DNA from: Escherichia coli
GTDB taxonomy: Bacteria > Pseudomonadota > Gammaproteobacteria > Enterobacterales > Enterobacteriaceae
Assembly: GCF_011045215.1 (NCBI RefSeq)
Contig: NZ_CP049201.1
DNA length: 64,000 nt
Reading direction: 5' to 3' (one strand)
Under the pieces are notes generated by a model. That model had not been told where the DNA came from. It did not search any database and was given only the letters and a program-made list of their open reading frames with translations. This document shows, in pieces, positions 26,639-38,931 of this stretch. The stretch's first letter is position 1, and each line of letters begins with the position of its first letter. The translations under genes were made by a program, and so were the position numbers.

Positions 26639-27337
26639 ATGGGAATTTTAAAAAGTTTATTCACGCTGGGGAAATCGTTTATCTCCCAGGCGGAAGAGTC
26701 CATTGAAGAAACCCAGGGCGTGCGCATGCTGGAACAGCATATTCGTGACGCTAAAGCTGAACTCGATAAAGCCGGAAAATCTCGCGTCGATCTGCTGGCG
26801 CGGGTGAAATTAAGTCACGATAAGCTGAAAGATTTACGTGAGCGCAAAGCCAGTCTGGAAGCCCGTGCGCTGGAAGCGTTAAGCAAGAACGTTAATCCGT
26901 CGTTGATTAACGAAGTTGCTGAAGAAATCGCGCGCCTTGAGAATCTCATTACCGCTGAAGAGCAAGTGTTGTCGAATCTGGAAGTCTCCCGTGATGGCGT
27001 GGAAAAAGCAGTTGCAGCGACAGCGCAGCGTATCGCTCAGTTTGAGCAGCAAATGGAAGTCGTTAAAGCCACTGAAGCCATGCAGCGTGCACAACAGGCT
27101 GTAACGACTTCTACCGTTGGCGCATCTTCCAGCGTTTCGACAGCAGCAGAATCCTTAAAACGCCTGCAAACGCGTCAGGCCGAACGTCAGGCTCGCCTGG
27201 ATGCTGCCGCACAGTTAGAAAAAGTCGCAGACGGTCGCGACCTTGACGAAAAGCTGGCGGAAGCCGGAATTGGCGGTAGCAATAAAAGTAGCGCCCAGGA
27301 TGTATTAGCAAGACTGCAACGCCAACAGGGCGAGTAA
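26639..27337 (+). CDS. yjfJ: PspA/IM30-family protein YjfJ
   Basis: 232-aa coiled-coil-rich ORF with N-terminal amphipathic segment; recognised as a PspA paralogue. Confidence 0.88.
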   Translation: MGILKSLFTLGKSFISQAEESIEETQGVRMLEQHIRDAKAELDKAGKSRVDLLARVKLSHDKLKDLRERKASLEARALEALSKNVNPSLINEVAEEIARLENLITAEEQVLSNLEVSRDGVEKAVAATAQRIAQFEQQMEVVKATEAMQRAQQAVTTSTVGASSSVSTAAESLKRLQTRQAERQARLDAAAQLEKVADGRDLDEKLAEAGIGGSNKSSAQDVLARLQRQQGE

Positions 27338-27387
27338 TTTTTTTGCCAGCCTCACTGCAAGGCTGGCAACTATTTTAAGGATAAAAT

Positions 27388-28047
27388 ATGTCTGGTTTTT
27401 TCCAGCGTCTGTTTGGCAAGGATAATAAGCCTGCTATCGCTCGCGGTCCGCTGGGACTTCATCTCAATAGTGGCTTTACGCTCGACACGTTAGCGTTTCG
27501 TTTGCTGGAAGATGAATTGCTGATTGCGCTGCCGGGTGAGGAATTTACGGTAGCCGCTGTCAGCCACATCGATCTGGGCGGCGGTAGTCAGATTTTCCGC
27601 TACTACACTTCAGGCGATGAGTTTCTGCAAATCAATACCACCGGCGGCGAAGATATTGATGACATTGATGATATCAAGCTCTTTGTCTATGAAGAGAGCT
27701 ACGGTATCAGTAAAGAGAGTCACTGGCGCGAGGCGATCAACGCCAAAACGATGGGGGCAATGACCTTAAACTGGCAGGAAAAACGCTGGCAGCGATTTTT
27801 TAACAGCGAAGAACCGGGAAATATCGAACCCGTCTACATGCTGGAAAAAGTAGAAAATCAAAATCATGCTAAATGGGAAGTCCATAATTTTACCATGGGC
27901 TACCAGCGGCAAGTGACCGAAGATACTTACGAATATTTGCTGCTAAATGGTGAGGAATCTTTTAACGATCTCGGCGAGCCAGAGTGGTTATTTTCGCGCG
28001 CGTTGGGTGTCGATATCCCGCTGACATCACTTCATATTATTGGTTAA
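27388..28047 (+). CDS. yjfK: Uncharacterised protein YjfK (DUF2491)
   Basis: 219-aa ORF in the cluster. Confidence 0.85.
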   Translation: MSGFFQRLFGKDNKPAIARGPLGLHLNSGFTLDTLAFRLLEDELLIALPGEEFTVAAVSHIDLGGGSQIFRYYTSGDEFLQINTTGGEDIDDIDDIKLFVYEESYGISKESHWREAINAKTMGAMTLNWQEKRWQRFFNSEEPGNIEPVYMLEKVENQNHAKWEVHNFTMGYQRQVTEDTYEYLLLNGEESFNDLGEPEWLFSRALGVDIPLTSLHIIG

Positions 28048-28064
28048 TTACAAGGACGTTTACA

Positions 28065-28463
28065 ATGCATATACTGGATTCACTTCTTGCCTTTAGTGCC
28101 TATTTTTTTATTGGCGTGGCGATGGTGATTATTTTTCTGTTTATCTACTCCAAAATTACACCGCACAACGAATGGCAGTTAATCAAAAACAATAATACCG
28201 CGGCGTCACTGGCATTCAGCGGTACATTGTTGGGTTACGTGATCCCCTTATCCAGTGCGGCAATCAATGCGGTGAGTATTCCAGACTATTTCGCCTGGGG
28301 CGGGATTGCACTGGTGATTCAGTTACTCGTTTTTGCTGGTGTCAGACTTTATATGCCCGCATTAAGCGAAAAAATTATTAATCACAATACCGCAGCAGGA
28401 ATGTTTATGGGAACCGCCGCGCTGGCTGGCGGTATTTTTAACGCAGCTTGTATGACATGGTAA
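28065..28463 (+). CDS. yjfL: Inner-membrane protein YjfL (DUF350)
   Basis: ATG at 28065 gives 132 aa (MHILDSLLAFSAYFFIGVAMVII...), four predicted TM segments; the upstream part of the 159-aa ORF is an in-frame extension. Confidence 0.85.
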   Translation: MHILDSLLAFSAYFFIGVAMVIIFLFIYSKITPHNEWQLIKNNNTAASLAFSGTLLGYVIPLSSAAINAVSIPDYFAWGGIALVIQLLVFAGVRLYMPALSEKIINHNTAAGMFMGTAALAGGIFNAACMTW

Positions 28464-28472
28464 TGGACGATC

Positions 28473-29111
28473 ATGGCCAGAAAACGCAAATCAAGAAATA
28501 ACAGTAAAATTGGTCACGGAGCGATCAGTCGCATTGGTAGACCGAATAATCCTTTTGAACCGCGTCGCAATCGCTACGCACAAAAATACTTAACGTTGGC
28601 GCTAATGGGCGGTGCCGCTTTTTTAATAGTCAAAGGATGGAGTGAAAGTAGCGATGTCGATAACGACGGCGACGGAACGTTTTACTCGACTGTGCAGGAT
28701 TGTATTGATGACGGTAATAATGCCGACATTTGCGCGCGTGGCTGGAACAACGCCAAAGCAGCATTTTATGCCGATGTTCCGAAGAATATGACTCAGCAGA
28801 ATTGTCAGTCTAAGTACGAAAATTGCTACTACGACAACGTTGAACAGAGTTGGATCCCGGTCGTTTCTGGATTTTTGTTAAGCCGGGTTATTCGTAAAGA
28901 TCGCGATGAGCAGTTTGTTTATAACAGCGGCGGATCCTCATTTGCTTCCCGCCCCGTCTGGCGCAACACTTCTGGTGATTACTCCTGGCGCTCCGGTTCT
29001 GGCAAAAAAGAGTCTTACTCTTCAGGCGGCTTTACCACCAAAAAAGCGTCAACCGTTTCTCGCGGCGGCTATGGTCGTTCTTCCAGCGCCCGTGGGCATT
29101 GGGGAGGCTAA
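28473..29111 (+). CDS. yjfM: Uncharacterised lipoprotein-like protein YjfM (DUF1190)
   Basis: 212-aa ORF; basic N-terminus plus hydrophobic segment, Gly/Ser-rich C-terminus. Confidence 0.85.
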   Translation: MARKRKSRNNSKIGHGAISRIGRPNNPFEPRRNRYAQKYLTLALMGGAAFLIVKGWSESSDVDNDGDGTFYSTVQDCIDDGNNADICARGWNNAKAAFYADVPKNMTQQNCQSKYENCYYDNVEQSWIPVVSGFLLSRVIRKDRDEQFVYNSGGSSFASRPVWRNTSGDYSWRSGSGKKESYSSGGFTTKKASTVSRGGYGRSSSARGHWGG

Positions 29112-29113
29112 TC

Positions 29114-30277
29114 ATGCTGAGACACAACGTTCCTGTGCGACGGGATCTGGACCAAATCGCCGCTGACAACGGTTTCGACTTTCATATCATCGACAATGAA
29201 ATCTATTGGGACGAGAGTCGGGCTTACCGTTTTACTCTGCGCCAGATTGAAGAGCAGATCGAAAAACCGACTGCGGAACTGCATCAGATGTGCCTTGAGG
29301 TGGTGGATCGCGCGGTTAAAGACGAAGAGATCCTGACGCAACTGGCGATCCCTCCGTTGTACTGGGATGTGATCGCTGAAAGCTGGCGCGCACGCGATCC
29401 TTCGCTGTATGGCCGGATGGATTTTGCCTGGTGTGGCAATGCGCCGGTGAAGCTGCTGGAGTACAACGCCGATACGCCGACCTCGTTGTATGAGTCGGCT
29501 TATTTCCAGTGGTTGTGGCTAGAGGATGCCCGGCGCAGCGGCATTATTCCGCGTGATGCCGATCAGTACAATGCCATTCAGGAACGCCTGATTTCGCGCT
29601 TTAGTGAGCTTTACAGTCGGGAGCCGTTTTATTTCTGCTGCTGTCAGGACACCGATGAAGACAGGACTACCGTGCTGTACTTGCAGGACTGCGCCCAGCA
29701 GGCAGGGCAGGAGTCGCGGTTTATCTACATTGAAGATCTCGGTTTGGGCGTCGGCGGCGTACTGACCGATCTTGATGATAATGTCATCCAGCGTGCATTT
29801 AAGCTGTATCCGCTGGAGTGGATGATGCGTGACGATAACGGTCCGCTGCTGCGCAAGCGTCGCGAGCAATGGGTGGAGCCGTTATGGAAAAGTATCTTGA
29901 GTAATAAAGGGCTAATGCCGCTGCTTTGGCGCTTCTTCCCTGGTCATCCTAACCTTCTTGCATCCTGGTTTGAGGGTGAAAAACCGCAGATTGCCGCTGG
30001 CGAAAGCTATGTGCGTAAACCGATCTACTCGCGCGAAGGCGGAAATGTCACCATTTTCGACGGCCAGAATAACGTCGTTGACCACGCTGATGGTGATTAC
30101 GCCGATGAACCGATGATCTACCAGGCGTTTCAACCTCTGCCGCGGTTTGGCGATAGCTACACACTCATCGGTAGCTGGATTGTCGATGATGAAGCGTGCG
30201 GAATGGGGATTCGTGAAGATAACACACTGATCACCAAAGACACCTCACGTTTCGTTCCGCATTACATTGCTGGATAA
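29114..30277 (+). CDS. yjfC: Glutathionylspermidine-synthase-like ATP-grasp protein YjfC
   Basis: 387 aa from MLRHNVPVRRDLDQIAADNGFDF; GspS synthetase-domain homologue lacking the amidase domain. Confidence 0.88.
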   Translation: MLRHNVPVRRDLDQIAADNGFDFHIIDNEIYWDESRAYRFTLRQIEEQIEKPTAELHQMCLEVVDRAVKDEEILTQLAIPPLYWDVIAESWRARDPSLYGRMDFAWCGNAPVKLLEYNADTPTSLYESAYFQWLWLEDARRSGIIPRDADQYNAIQERLISRFSELYSREPFYFCCCQDTDEDRTTVLYLQDCAQQAGQESRFIYIEDLGLGVGGVLTDLDDNVIQRAFKLYPLEWMMRDDNGPLLRKRREQWVEPLWKSILSNKGLMPLLWRFFPGHPNLLASWFEGEKPQIAAGESYVRKPIYSREGGNVTIFDGQNNVVDHADGDYADEPMIYQAFQPLPRFGDSYTLIGSWIVDDEACGMGIREDNTLITKDTSRFVPHYIAG

Positions 30278-30360
30278 GAATGTTTTAGCAATCTCTTTCT
30301 GTCATGAATCCATGGCAGTGACCATACTAATGGTGACTGCCATTGATGGAGGGAGACACA

Positions 30361-31986
30361 GTGCACTGGCAAACTCACACCGTTTTTAATCAACCTATAC
30401 CATTAAATAACAGCAACTTATACCTGTCTGATGGCGCGCTTTGCGAAGCGGTAACGCGTGAAGGTGCTGGCTGGGATAGCGATTTTCTAGCCAGTATTGG
30501 TCAGCAGTTAGGAACGGCTGAATCCCTTGAACTGGGGCGGCTGGCGAATGTGAATCCGCCTGAATTATTGCGCTACGATGCGCAAGGACGCCGTCTGGAC
30601 GATGTGCGTTTTCACCCCGCCTGGCACCTGCTGATGCAGGCGCTATGTACCAATCGGGTGCACAATCTTGCCTGGGAAGAAGACGCTCGCTCCGGCGCAT
30701 TTGTGGCGCGCGCGGCGCGTTTTATGTTGCACGCACAGGTTGAGGCGGGGTCGTTATGTCCAATAACGATGACCTTTGCCGCCACGCCATTGTTGTTACA
30801 GATGTTACCCACGCCGTTTCAGGACTGGACCACGCCGCTGTTGAGCGATCGCTACGATTCTCACTTATTGCCAGGTGGGCAAAAACGCGGTTTGTTGATT
30901 GGCATGGGAATGACGGAAAAGCAGGGCGGTTCCGATGTCATGAGCAACACCACCCGCGCAGAGCGTCTGGAGGATGGCTCTTATCGGCTGGTGGGGCATA
31001 AATGGTTTTTCTCGGTTCCGCAAAGCGATGCGCATCTGGTGCTGGCGCAGACCGCGGGCGGTTTGTCCTGCTTTTTTGTGCCGCGCTTTTTGCCTGACGG
31101 GCAACGCAACGCGATTCGCCTCGAGCGGCTGAAAGATAAGCTGGGTAATCGCTCTAACGCCAGTTGTGAAGTGGAGTTTCAGGATGCCATTGGCTGGTTA
31201 TTGGGGCAGGAAGGGGAAGGAATTCGTCTGATCCTGAAAATGGGGGGGATGACGCGTTTTGATTGCGCCCTGGGTAGCCATGCCATGATGCGCCGTGCGT
31301 TCTCGCTGGCGATTTATCATGCGCATCAACGCCATGTTTTTGGTAATCCATTGATCCAACAGCCCCTTATGCGTCATGTCTTAAGTCGCATGGCACTTCA
31401 GCTTGAAGGGCAAACGGCGTTGCTGTTTCGTCTTGCGCGAGCGTGGGACCGGCGAGCCGATGCCAAAGAAGCCCTGTGGGCGCGTTTATTTACGCCTGCG
31501 GCAAAATTTGTGATCTGCAAACGAGGTATGCCGTTTGTGGCCGAAGCGATGGAGGTGCTGGGCGGCATTGGTTATTGCGAGGAGAGCGAGCTGCCGCGGC
31601 TTTACCGGGAGATGCCGGTAAACAGTATTTGGGAAGGTTCCGGCAATATTATGTGCCTGGATGTGCTGCGCGTTCTCAATAAGCAAGCGGGCGTATACGA
31701 CTTATTGTCGGAAGCATTTGTGGAAGTGAAAGGGCAGGATCGCTATTTTGATCGCGCGGTTCGTCGTTTACAGCAGCAGCTGCGTAAGCCAGCTGAAGAA
31801 CTGGGGCGAGAGATTACTCATCAGCTATTCCTGCTGGGCTGCGGTGCGCAAATGTTGAAATATGCCTCTCCGCCAATGGCGCAGGCGTGGTGTCAGGTGA
31901 TGTTAGATACGCGCGGCGGCGTACGGTTGTCAGAGCAGATCCAGAATGATTTATTGCTGCGGGCGACGGGGGGAGTGTGTGTGTAA
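30361..31986 (+). CDS. aidB: Adaptive-response protein AidB (acyl-CoA dehydrogenase family)
   Basis: GTG start at 30361 gives 541 aa (MHWQTHTVFNQPIPL...); ACAD fold. Confidence 0.9.
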   Translation: MHWQTHTVFNQPIPLNNSNLYLSDGALCEAVTREGAGWDSDFLASIGQQLGTAESLELGRLANVNPPELLRYDAQGRRLDDVRFHPAWHLLMQALCTNRVHNLAWEEDARSGAFVARAARFMLHAQVEAGSLCPITMTFAATPLLLQMLPTPFQDWTTPLLSDRYDSHLLPGGQKRGLLIGMGMTEKQGGSDVMSNTTRAERLEDGSYRLVGHKWFFSVPQSDAHLVLAQTAGGLSCFFVPRFLPDGQRNAIRLERLKDKLGNRSNASCEVEFQDAIGWLLGQEGEGIRLILKMGGMTRFDCALGSHAMMRRAFSLAIYHAHQRHVFGNPLIQQPLMRHVLSRMALQLEGQTALLFRLARAWDRRADAKEALWARLFTPAAKFVICKRGMPFVAEAMEVLGGIGYCEESELPRLYREMPVNSIWEGSGNIMCLDVLRVLNKQAGVYDLLSEAFVEVKGQDRYFDRAVRRLQQQLRKPAEELGREITHQLFLLGCGAQMLKYASPPMAQAWCQVMLDTRGGVRLSEQIQNDLLLRATGGVCV

Positions 31987-32041
31987 GCGTATACGACTGA
32001 TGCGACGCTGGTTTCGATTAACTCAATGAAATATGTGAAAA

Positions 32042-32077
32042 TTGTAGGCCGGACAAGGCGCTCGCGCCGCATCCGGC
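32042..32077. repeat. REP element
   Basis: TGTAGGCCGGACAAGGCGCTCGCGCCGCATCCGGCA matches the REP consensus. Confidence 0.75.
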
Positions 32078-32102
32078 ATTGTTCATTTGCTGTAGATGAC
32101 AC

Positions 32103-32378
32103 TCATGCATACAGTATCGCCTGTACGCGCCAGTTATCAGGCTGCTGGTCTTCGTACATGGTAATAATGCGGTACCATGACGCACCTTGTTCATCGGCCT
32201 TTAACGCCACGATACGTTCCACGTCCTGCGGATCCCCTGAAATATTGCTAACTGAGATCTGACCTATTTCATTCAGGCCCGTCACGCAGTCAGCACTGGC
32301 GAATTCTGCAGACTGTGCCGTGGCGCTCGCAGGATAAGTCACTAATTGCAGCGAGGGTGAGGCAAGTAATTGTTTCAT
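32103..32378 (-). CDS. yjfN: DUF1471 (YhcN/BhsA family) small periplasmic protein YjfN
   Basis: 91 aa from MKQLLASPSLQLVTYPASATA; signal peptide plus DUF1471-type C-terminus (...WYRIITMYED...). Confidence 0.85.
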   Translation of the reverse strand: MKQLLASPSLQLVTYPASATAQSAEFASADCVTGLNEIGQISVSNISGDPQDVERIVALKADEQGASWYRIITMYEDQQPDNWRVQAILYA

Positions 32379-32526
32379 CGTCAGCTCCATTTTTCGTTTC
32401 CCCACATGTTGCAGGGCATTCCATCGCGGTAATAAACGCCCAGGCTTCCAGCCGGTAATTTATTGTGCACAGGTAAACGCATAGGGACGCAAAGCAATGT
32501 AAAGCTGACTATGTAAGTTGTCTGAT

Positions 32527-32856
32527 TTATTTACGGTACAAAATGGCTTGTGAATACCACTGTCCTGTCACGATGGTTTCGTCCACCATGACGACAACGT
32601 AATAATCAGCTTTTGCAGCGACAGCTTTTGCTCTGATTTCTGCTAATGCGTCATCCGGAGAACCCCGAACCATTGTGCTTACGCTACCTATTCGCTGTAA
32701 CCCTTGCGTCTGGTCGCGGCGAATCTCTTGCGGATGGTCCGTTACTGGCGGTGCTGGCTGTGGCGTACCTTGCAGTGCGCTACAGGCACTTAACATCAAC
32801 ACCAATAATAAACTGGCAAACCGGTAAATAACGCTATTACGTTTCCTGCTAACCAT
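32527..32856 (-). CDS. bsmA: Biofilm stress and motility lipoprotein BsmA (YjfO)
   Basis: 109 aa from MVSRKRNSVIYRFASLLLVLMLSAC (lipobox LSAC); DUF1471-like C-terminus. Confidence 0.85.
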   Translation of the reverse strand: MVSRKRNSVIYRFASLLLVLMLSACSALQGTPQPAPPVTDHPQEIRRDQTQGLQRIGSVSTMVRGSPDDALAEIRAKAVAAKADYYVVVMVDETIVTGQWYSQAILYRK

Positions 32857-33037
32857 AGTGTAGTGCCTTATTAATTTAACTTTGGGGGAATGTTCCCGAA
32901 TTGTTACCTGGTACGCGATTTTCGAATGAAAACGTGACGAAAGCGTAACCCACATCTCAACATTATGAACTAATACCGCCAGCAGAAACTTGTGCTAAGG
33001 ATTTCTTCATGTCATACCAGACAAAAAGGAGAGACAG

Positions 33038-33787
33038 ATGATTGAAATAGAATCACGCGAGCTGGCAGATATTCCCGTTCTTCATGCTTATCCTGTCGGA
33101 CAAAAAGATACCCCGTTACCGTGCGTGATTTTTTATCACGGCTTTACTTCGTCCAGTCTGGTGTATAGCTATTTTGCCGTTGCGCTGGCGCAGGCTGGTT
33201 TGCGGGTGATCATGCCGGATGCGCCCGATCACGGTAGCCGTTTTAATGGTGACGCAGCGCGGCGGTTAAATCAATTCTGGCAAATCTTGCTACAAAGTAT
33301 GCAGGAATTCACTACTTTACGTGCGGCAATAGCCGAAGAAAAGTGGCTGCTTGATGACCGTCTGGCAGTCGGTGGTGCGTCGATGGGCGCGATGACGGCA
33401 CTGGGGATTACCGCTCGCCACCCCACGGTGAGATGTACCGCCAGCATGATGGGAGCGGGCTATTTTACATCACTCGCCCGTTCACTGTTTCCACCGCTGA
33501 TACCTGAAACGGCAGCACAGCAGAATGAATTCAATAACATTGTCGCGCCGCTGGCAGAGTGGGAAGCGACAAACCACCTGGAACAACTTGGGGACAGACC
33601 TCTACTGCTGTGGCATGGCCTCGACGATGACGTTGTGCCTGCCGATGAATCACTACGTTTGCAGCAGGCCTTAAGCGAGACGGGACGGGATAAACTGCTA
33701 ACCTGTTCATGGCAGCCAGGCGTGCGTCACCGCATTACGCCTGAGGCGTTAGATGCTGCCGTGACATTTTTCCGCCAGCATCTTTAA
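33038..33787 (+). CDS. yjfP: Esterase YjfP (alpha/beta hydrolase)
   Basis: 249-aa ORF with nucleophile-elbow motif GGASMGA. Confidence 0.9.
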
Positions 33788-34539
33788 ACACGCAGAATGC
33801 TGACCCCTTGCGCTTCCAGTTGTTGCAGGATTTCCGGGTTAGCATTTTTGCCGGTGATAAGCATATCGATTTGATCGGCACGGCTAAAAAGCATTCCCGC
33901 GCGTTCGCCAATCTTACTGCTATCAACCAGTACCACCAGTTTCCCTACCACGCTCAGCATCTTCTGCTCTGCCATTGCTGTCAGCATATCGGTTTTATAC
34001 AACCCTTCTGCGGTCAGCCCTTTTCCGCTGGTAAACATCCAGTGCCCGGCATAGAGACTGTTTTCGCTGCCCTGCGGGCTTAAAGTGATGGACTGACTTT
34101 TGTTGTACTGTCCGCCCATAATGATCACGCTGTCATGTTCTTGATCGATCAGGTAATTTGCCAGCGGTAGATAATTAGTGATGATTTGCACTGGCTTGCC
34201 ACACATTTCCCGCCCGAGCAGAAATGCGGTAGAGCCGCAGTTGATGACCACGCTCTCGCCCGGATTGACCAGCTGTGATGCCGCTTTGGCGATACGTACT
34301 TTTTCATCGTGATTCTGCGCCTGATGCAGATTCATCGGCGTCCAGCGCGGGCGCTGTTGGGTAATAGCTTCTGCGCCATTGCGCACTTTTTTCAGTTTGC
34401 CGCTTTCGTCAAGTTTATTGATATCGCGTCGCGCAGTGGCAGGCGAAATTCCCAGACGCTCAACGACTTTCTCAACGGTCACAAAGCCCAATTGTGCGAG
34501 CATTTCCAGGAGGATTTGATGTCTTTGTGCTTCAGTCAT
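33784..34539 (-). CDS. ulaR: DeoR-family repressor UlaR of the ula regulon
   Basis: 251-aa ORF with N-terminal HTH and DeoR-C sugar-phosphate-binding domain. Confidence 0.93.
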
Positions 34540-34646
34540 GAGCTATTCCGATAAAATTTGATTTTTTTAGATGATATTTGAAATAGCCAGGAAATACTAC
34601 GCCGGATAGCGCGAACTTCTCCACGCTATCCGGTATAAACGACAGA

Positions 34647-35711
34647 TTACAGGAATGACTTGAACGGCAGATCCGGTTCAATAGTGAAGCAATCATCGAA
34701 ACCGCGCGGATAGTGGTACTCGAAGTTGTCTTTATCCAGCGGCCAGGTAAATTTGCCGCCCACCTGCCAGATAAACGGCTTGAAGCCATACTTCAGACGA
34801 TCTTTTTTCATCTCCCACAGCACGCGGATCTCTTGCGGATCGGCCTGGAAGTTTGACCAGATATCGTGGTGGAACGGGATAACCACTTTCGCATTCAGCG
34901 CTTCACCCATACGCAGCATATCGGCGCTGGTCATTTTGTCGGTAATACCGCGCGGGTTTTCGCCGTACGATCCTAACGCCACGTCGATCTGATGTTCGTT
35001 ACCGTGCTTCGCATAATAGTTAGAGTAGTGGGAGTCGCCGCTGTGATACAGGGAGCCGCCAGGCGTTTTGAACAGGTAGTTCACCGCGCGATCGTCCATG
35101 CCATCTGGCAGTACGCCAGCCGCTTTTTGATCGGCAGGCAGGGTGATCAGTGCAGTACGGTCGAAAGCATCAAGCGCATGAATTTCAATGTCTTTCACTT
35201 TTACTACATCGCCCGGTTTGACCACGATGCAACGCTCTTTCGGTACGCCCCAGCCAATCCACAAATCCACACAGGTTTTCGGTCCGATAAACGGTACGTC
35301 ATCAGCACAGTTCTGCATCACGGCAGCAGCGACGTTAACGTCGATATGATCGTTGTGATCGTGAGTCGCCAGTACCGCGTCGATCTGGCGAATCGCAAAC
35401 GGATCAAGAACAAACGGTGTGGTACGCAGGTTTGGCTGCAGTTTTTTCACGCCAGCCATGCGCTGCATCTGGTGACCCTGTTTCATTAACGGGTTACCGT
35501 GACTTTGTTTGCCAGTGCCGCACCAGAAATCAACGCAAACGTTGGTGCCACCTTCCGATTTCAACCAGATCCCGGTGCAGCCAAGCCACCACATCGCAAA
35601 TGTGCCAGGAGCGACCTGTTCTTGTTCAATTTCTTCATTCAACCAGCTACCCCACTCCGGGAAAGTGCTCAGGATCCAGGATTCACGGGTGATACTTTTC
35701 ACTTTACTCAT
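34647..35711 (-). CDS. ulaG: L-ascorbate-6-phosphate lactonase UlaG (metallo-beta-lactamase fold)
   Basis: 354 aa from [23 protein letters not shown]; HxHxDH metal motif ([10 protein letters not shown]). Confidence 0.93.
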
Positions 35712-37463
<1,752 letters not shown>

Positions 37464-37478
37464 TAAGGAGTTTTGATT

Positions 37479-37784
37479 ATGACCGTACGTATTCTGGCTG
37501 TGTGTGGCAACGGACAAGGCAGTTCCATGATCATGAAGATGAAAGTGGACCAGTTTTTAACCCAATCAAACATTGACCATACGGTAAACAGCTGCGCGGT
37601 TGGCGAGTACAAAAGCGAGTTGAGTGGCGCGGATATCATCATCGCTTCTACGCACATTGCGGGCGAAATCACCGTGACCGGCAACAAATACGTGGTTGGC
37701 GTGCGCAACATGCTCTCTCCTGCCGACTTTGGCCCGAAACTGCTGGAAGTGATCAAAGAGCATTTCCCGCAGGACGTGAAGTAA
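37479..37784 (+). CDS. ulaB: PTS ascorbate-specific EIIB component UlaB
   Basis: 101 aa from [16 protein letters not shown] (phospho-Cys motif). Confidence 0.93.
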
Positions 37785-37793
37785 GGACGCGCC

Positions 37794-38258
37794 ATGAAAT
37801 TACGTGATTCGCTGGCTGTAAATAAATCCATCCGCCTGCAGGCTGAAGCTGAAACCTGGCAGGACGCGGTGAAAATCGGCGTCGATCTGCTGGTGGCGGC
37901 GGACGTTGTCGAGCCGCGCTATTACCAGGCGATTCTGGATGGCGTTGAACAGTTCGGTCCTTATTTCGTTATCGCTCCGGGCCTGGCAATGCCGCACGGG
38001 CGTCCGGAAGAGGGCGTTAAGAAAACCGGTTTCTCTCTGGTAACGCTGAAAAAGCCGCTGGAGTTCAACCACGATGACAACGATCCGGTGGATATCCTCA
38101 TTACCATGGCGGCGGTCGATGCCAATACTCACCAGGAAGTGGGCATCATGCAGATCGTCAACCTGTTTGAAGATGAAGAGAATTTTGACCGTTTACGCGC
38201 CTGCCGTACCGAGCAGGAAGTACTGGATCTCATTGACCGCACCAACGCGGCAGCTTAA
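37794..38258 (+). CDS. ulaC: PTS ascorbate-specific EIIA component UlaC
   Basis: 154-aa ORF, PTS EIIA-2 fold. Confidence 0.93.
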   Translation: MKLRDSLAVNKSIRLQAEAETWQDAVKIGVDLLVAADVVEPRYYQAILDGVEQFGPYFVIAPGLAMPHGRPEEGVKKTGFSLVTLKKPLEFNHDDNDPVDILITMAAVDANTHQEVGIMQIVNLFEDEENFDRLRACRTEQEVLDLIDRTNAAA

Positions 38259-38271
38259 GAAGGAATTGAAC

Positions 38272-38922
38272 ATGTCATTACCGATGTTGCAAGTCGCGCT
38301 GGACAACCAGACTATGGATAGCGCCTACGAAACCACTCGCCTGATTGCCGAAGAAGTCGACATTATCGAAGTGGGCACCATTCTGTGCGTGGGCGAAGGC
38401 GTGCGTGCGGTTCGTGACCTGAAAGCGCTCTACCCGCACAAAATCGTACTGGCAGACGCCAAAATTGCCGATGCAGGCAAAATCCTTTCGCGTATGTGCT
38501 TCGAAGCCCACGCTGACTGGGTGACGGTAATTTGCTGTGCGGATATCAACACCGCCAAAGGCGCGCTGGACGTGGCAAAAGAGTTTAACGGCGACGTGCA
38601 GATCGAACTGACCGGTTACTGGACCTGGGAACAGGCGCAACAGTGGCGCGACGCAGGTATTCAGCAGGTGGTTTATCACCGCAGCCGTGACGCGCAGGCC
38701 GCAGGCGTGGCGTGGGGCGAAGCGGACATCACCGCGATCAAACGTCTTTCCGATATGGGCTTCAAAGTCACCGTCACTGGTGGCCTGGCGCTGGAAGATC
38801 TGCCGCTGTTCAAAGGCATTCCGATTCACGTCTTTATCGCGGGCCGTAGTATCCGTGATGCCGCTTCTCCGGTGGAAGCCGCACGTCAGTTCAAACGTTC
38901 CATCGCCGAACTGTGGGGCTAA
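38272..38922 (+). CDS. ulaD: 3-keto-L-gulonate-6-phosphate decarboxylase UlaD
   Basis: ATG at 38272 gives 216 aa ([20 protein letters not shown]...); the longer ORF from 38074 overlaps ulaC in another frame. Confidence 0.93.
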   Translation: MSLPMLQVALDNQTMDSAYETTRLIAEEVDIIEVGTILCVGEGVRAVRDLKALYPHKIVLADAKIADAGKILSRMCFEAHADWVTVICCADINTAKGALDVAKEFNGDVQIELTGYWTWEQAQQWRDAGIQQVVYHRSRDAQAAGVAWGEADITAIKRLSDMGFKVTVTGGLALEDLPLFKGIPIHVFIAGRSIRDAASPVEAARQFKRSIAELWG

Positions 38923-38931
38923 GGAGCGGAT

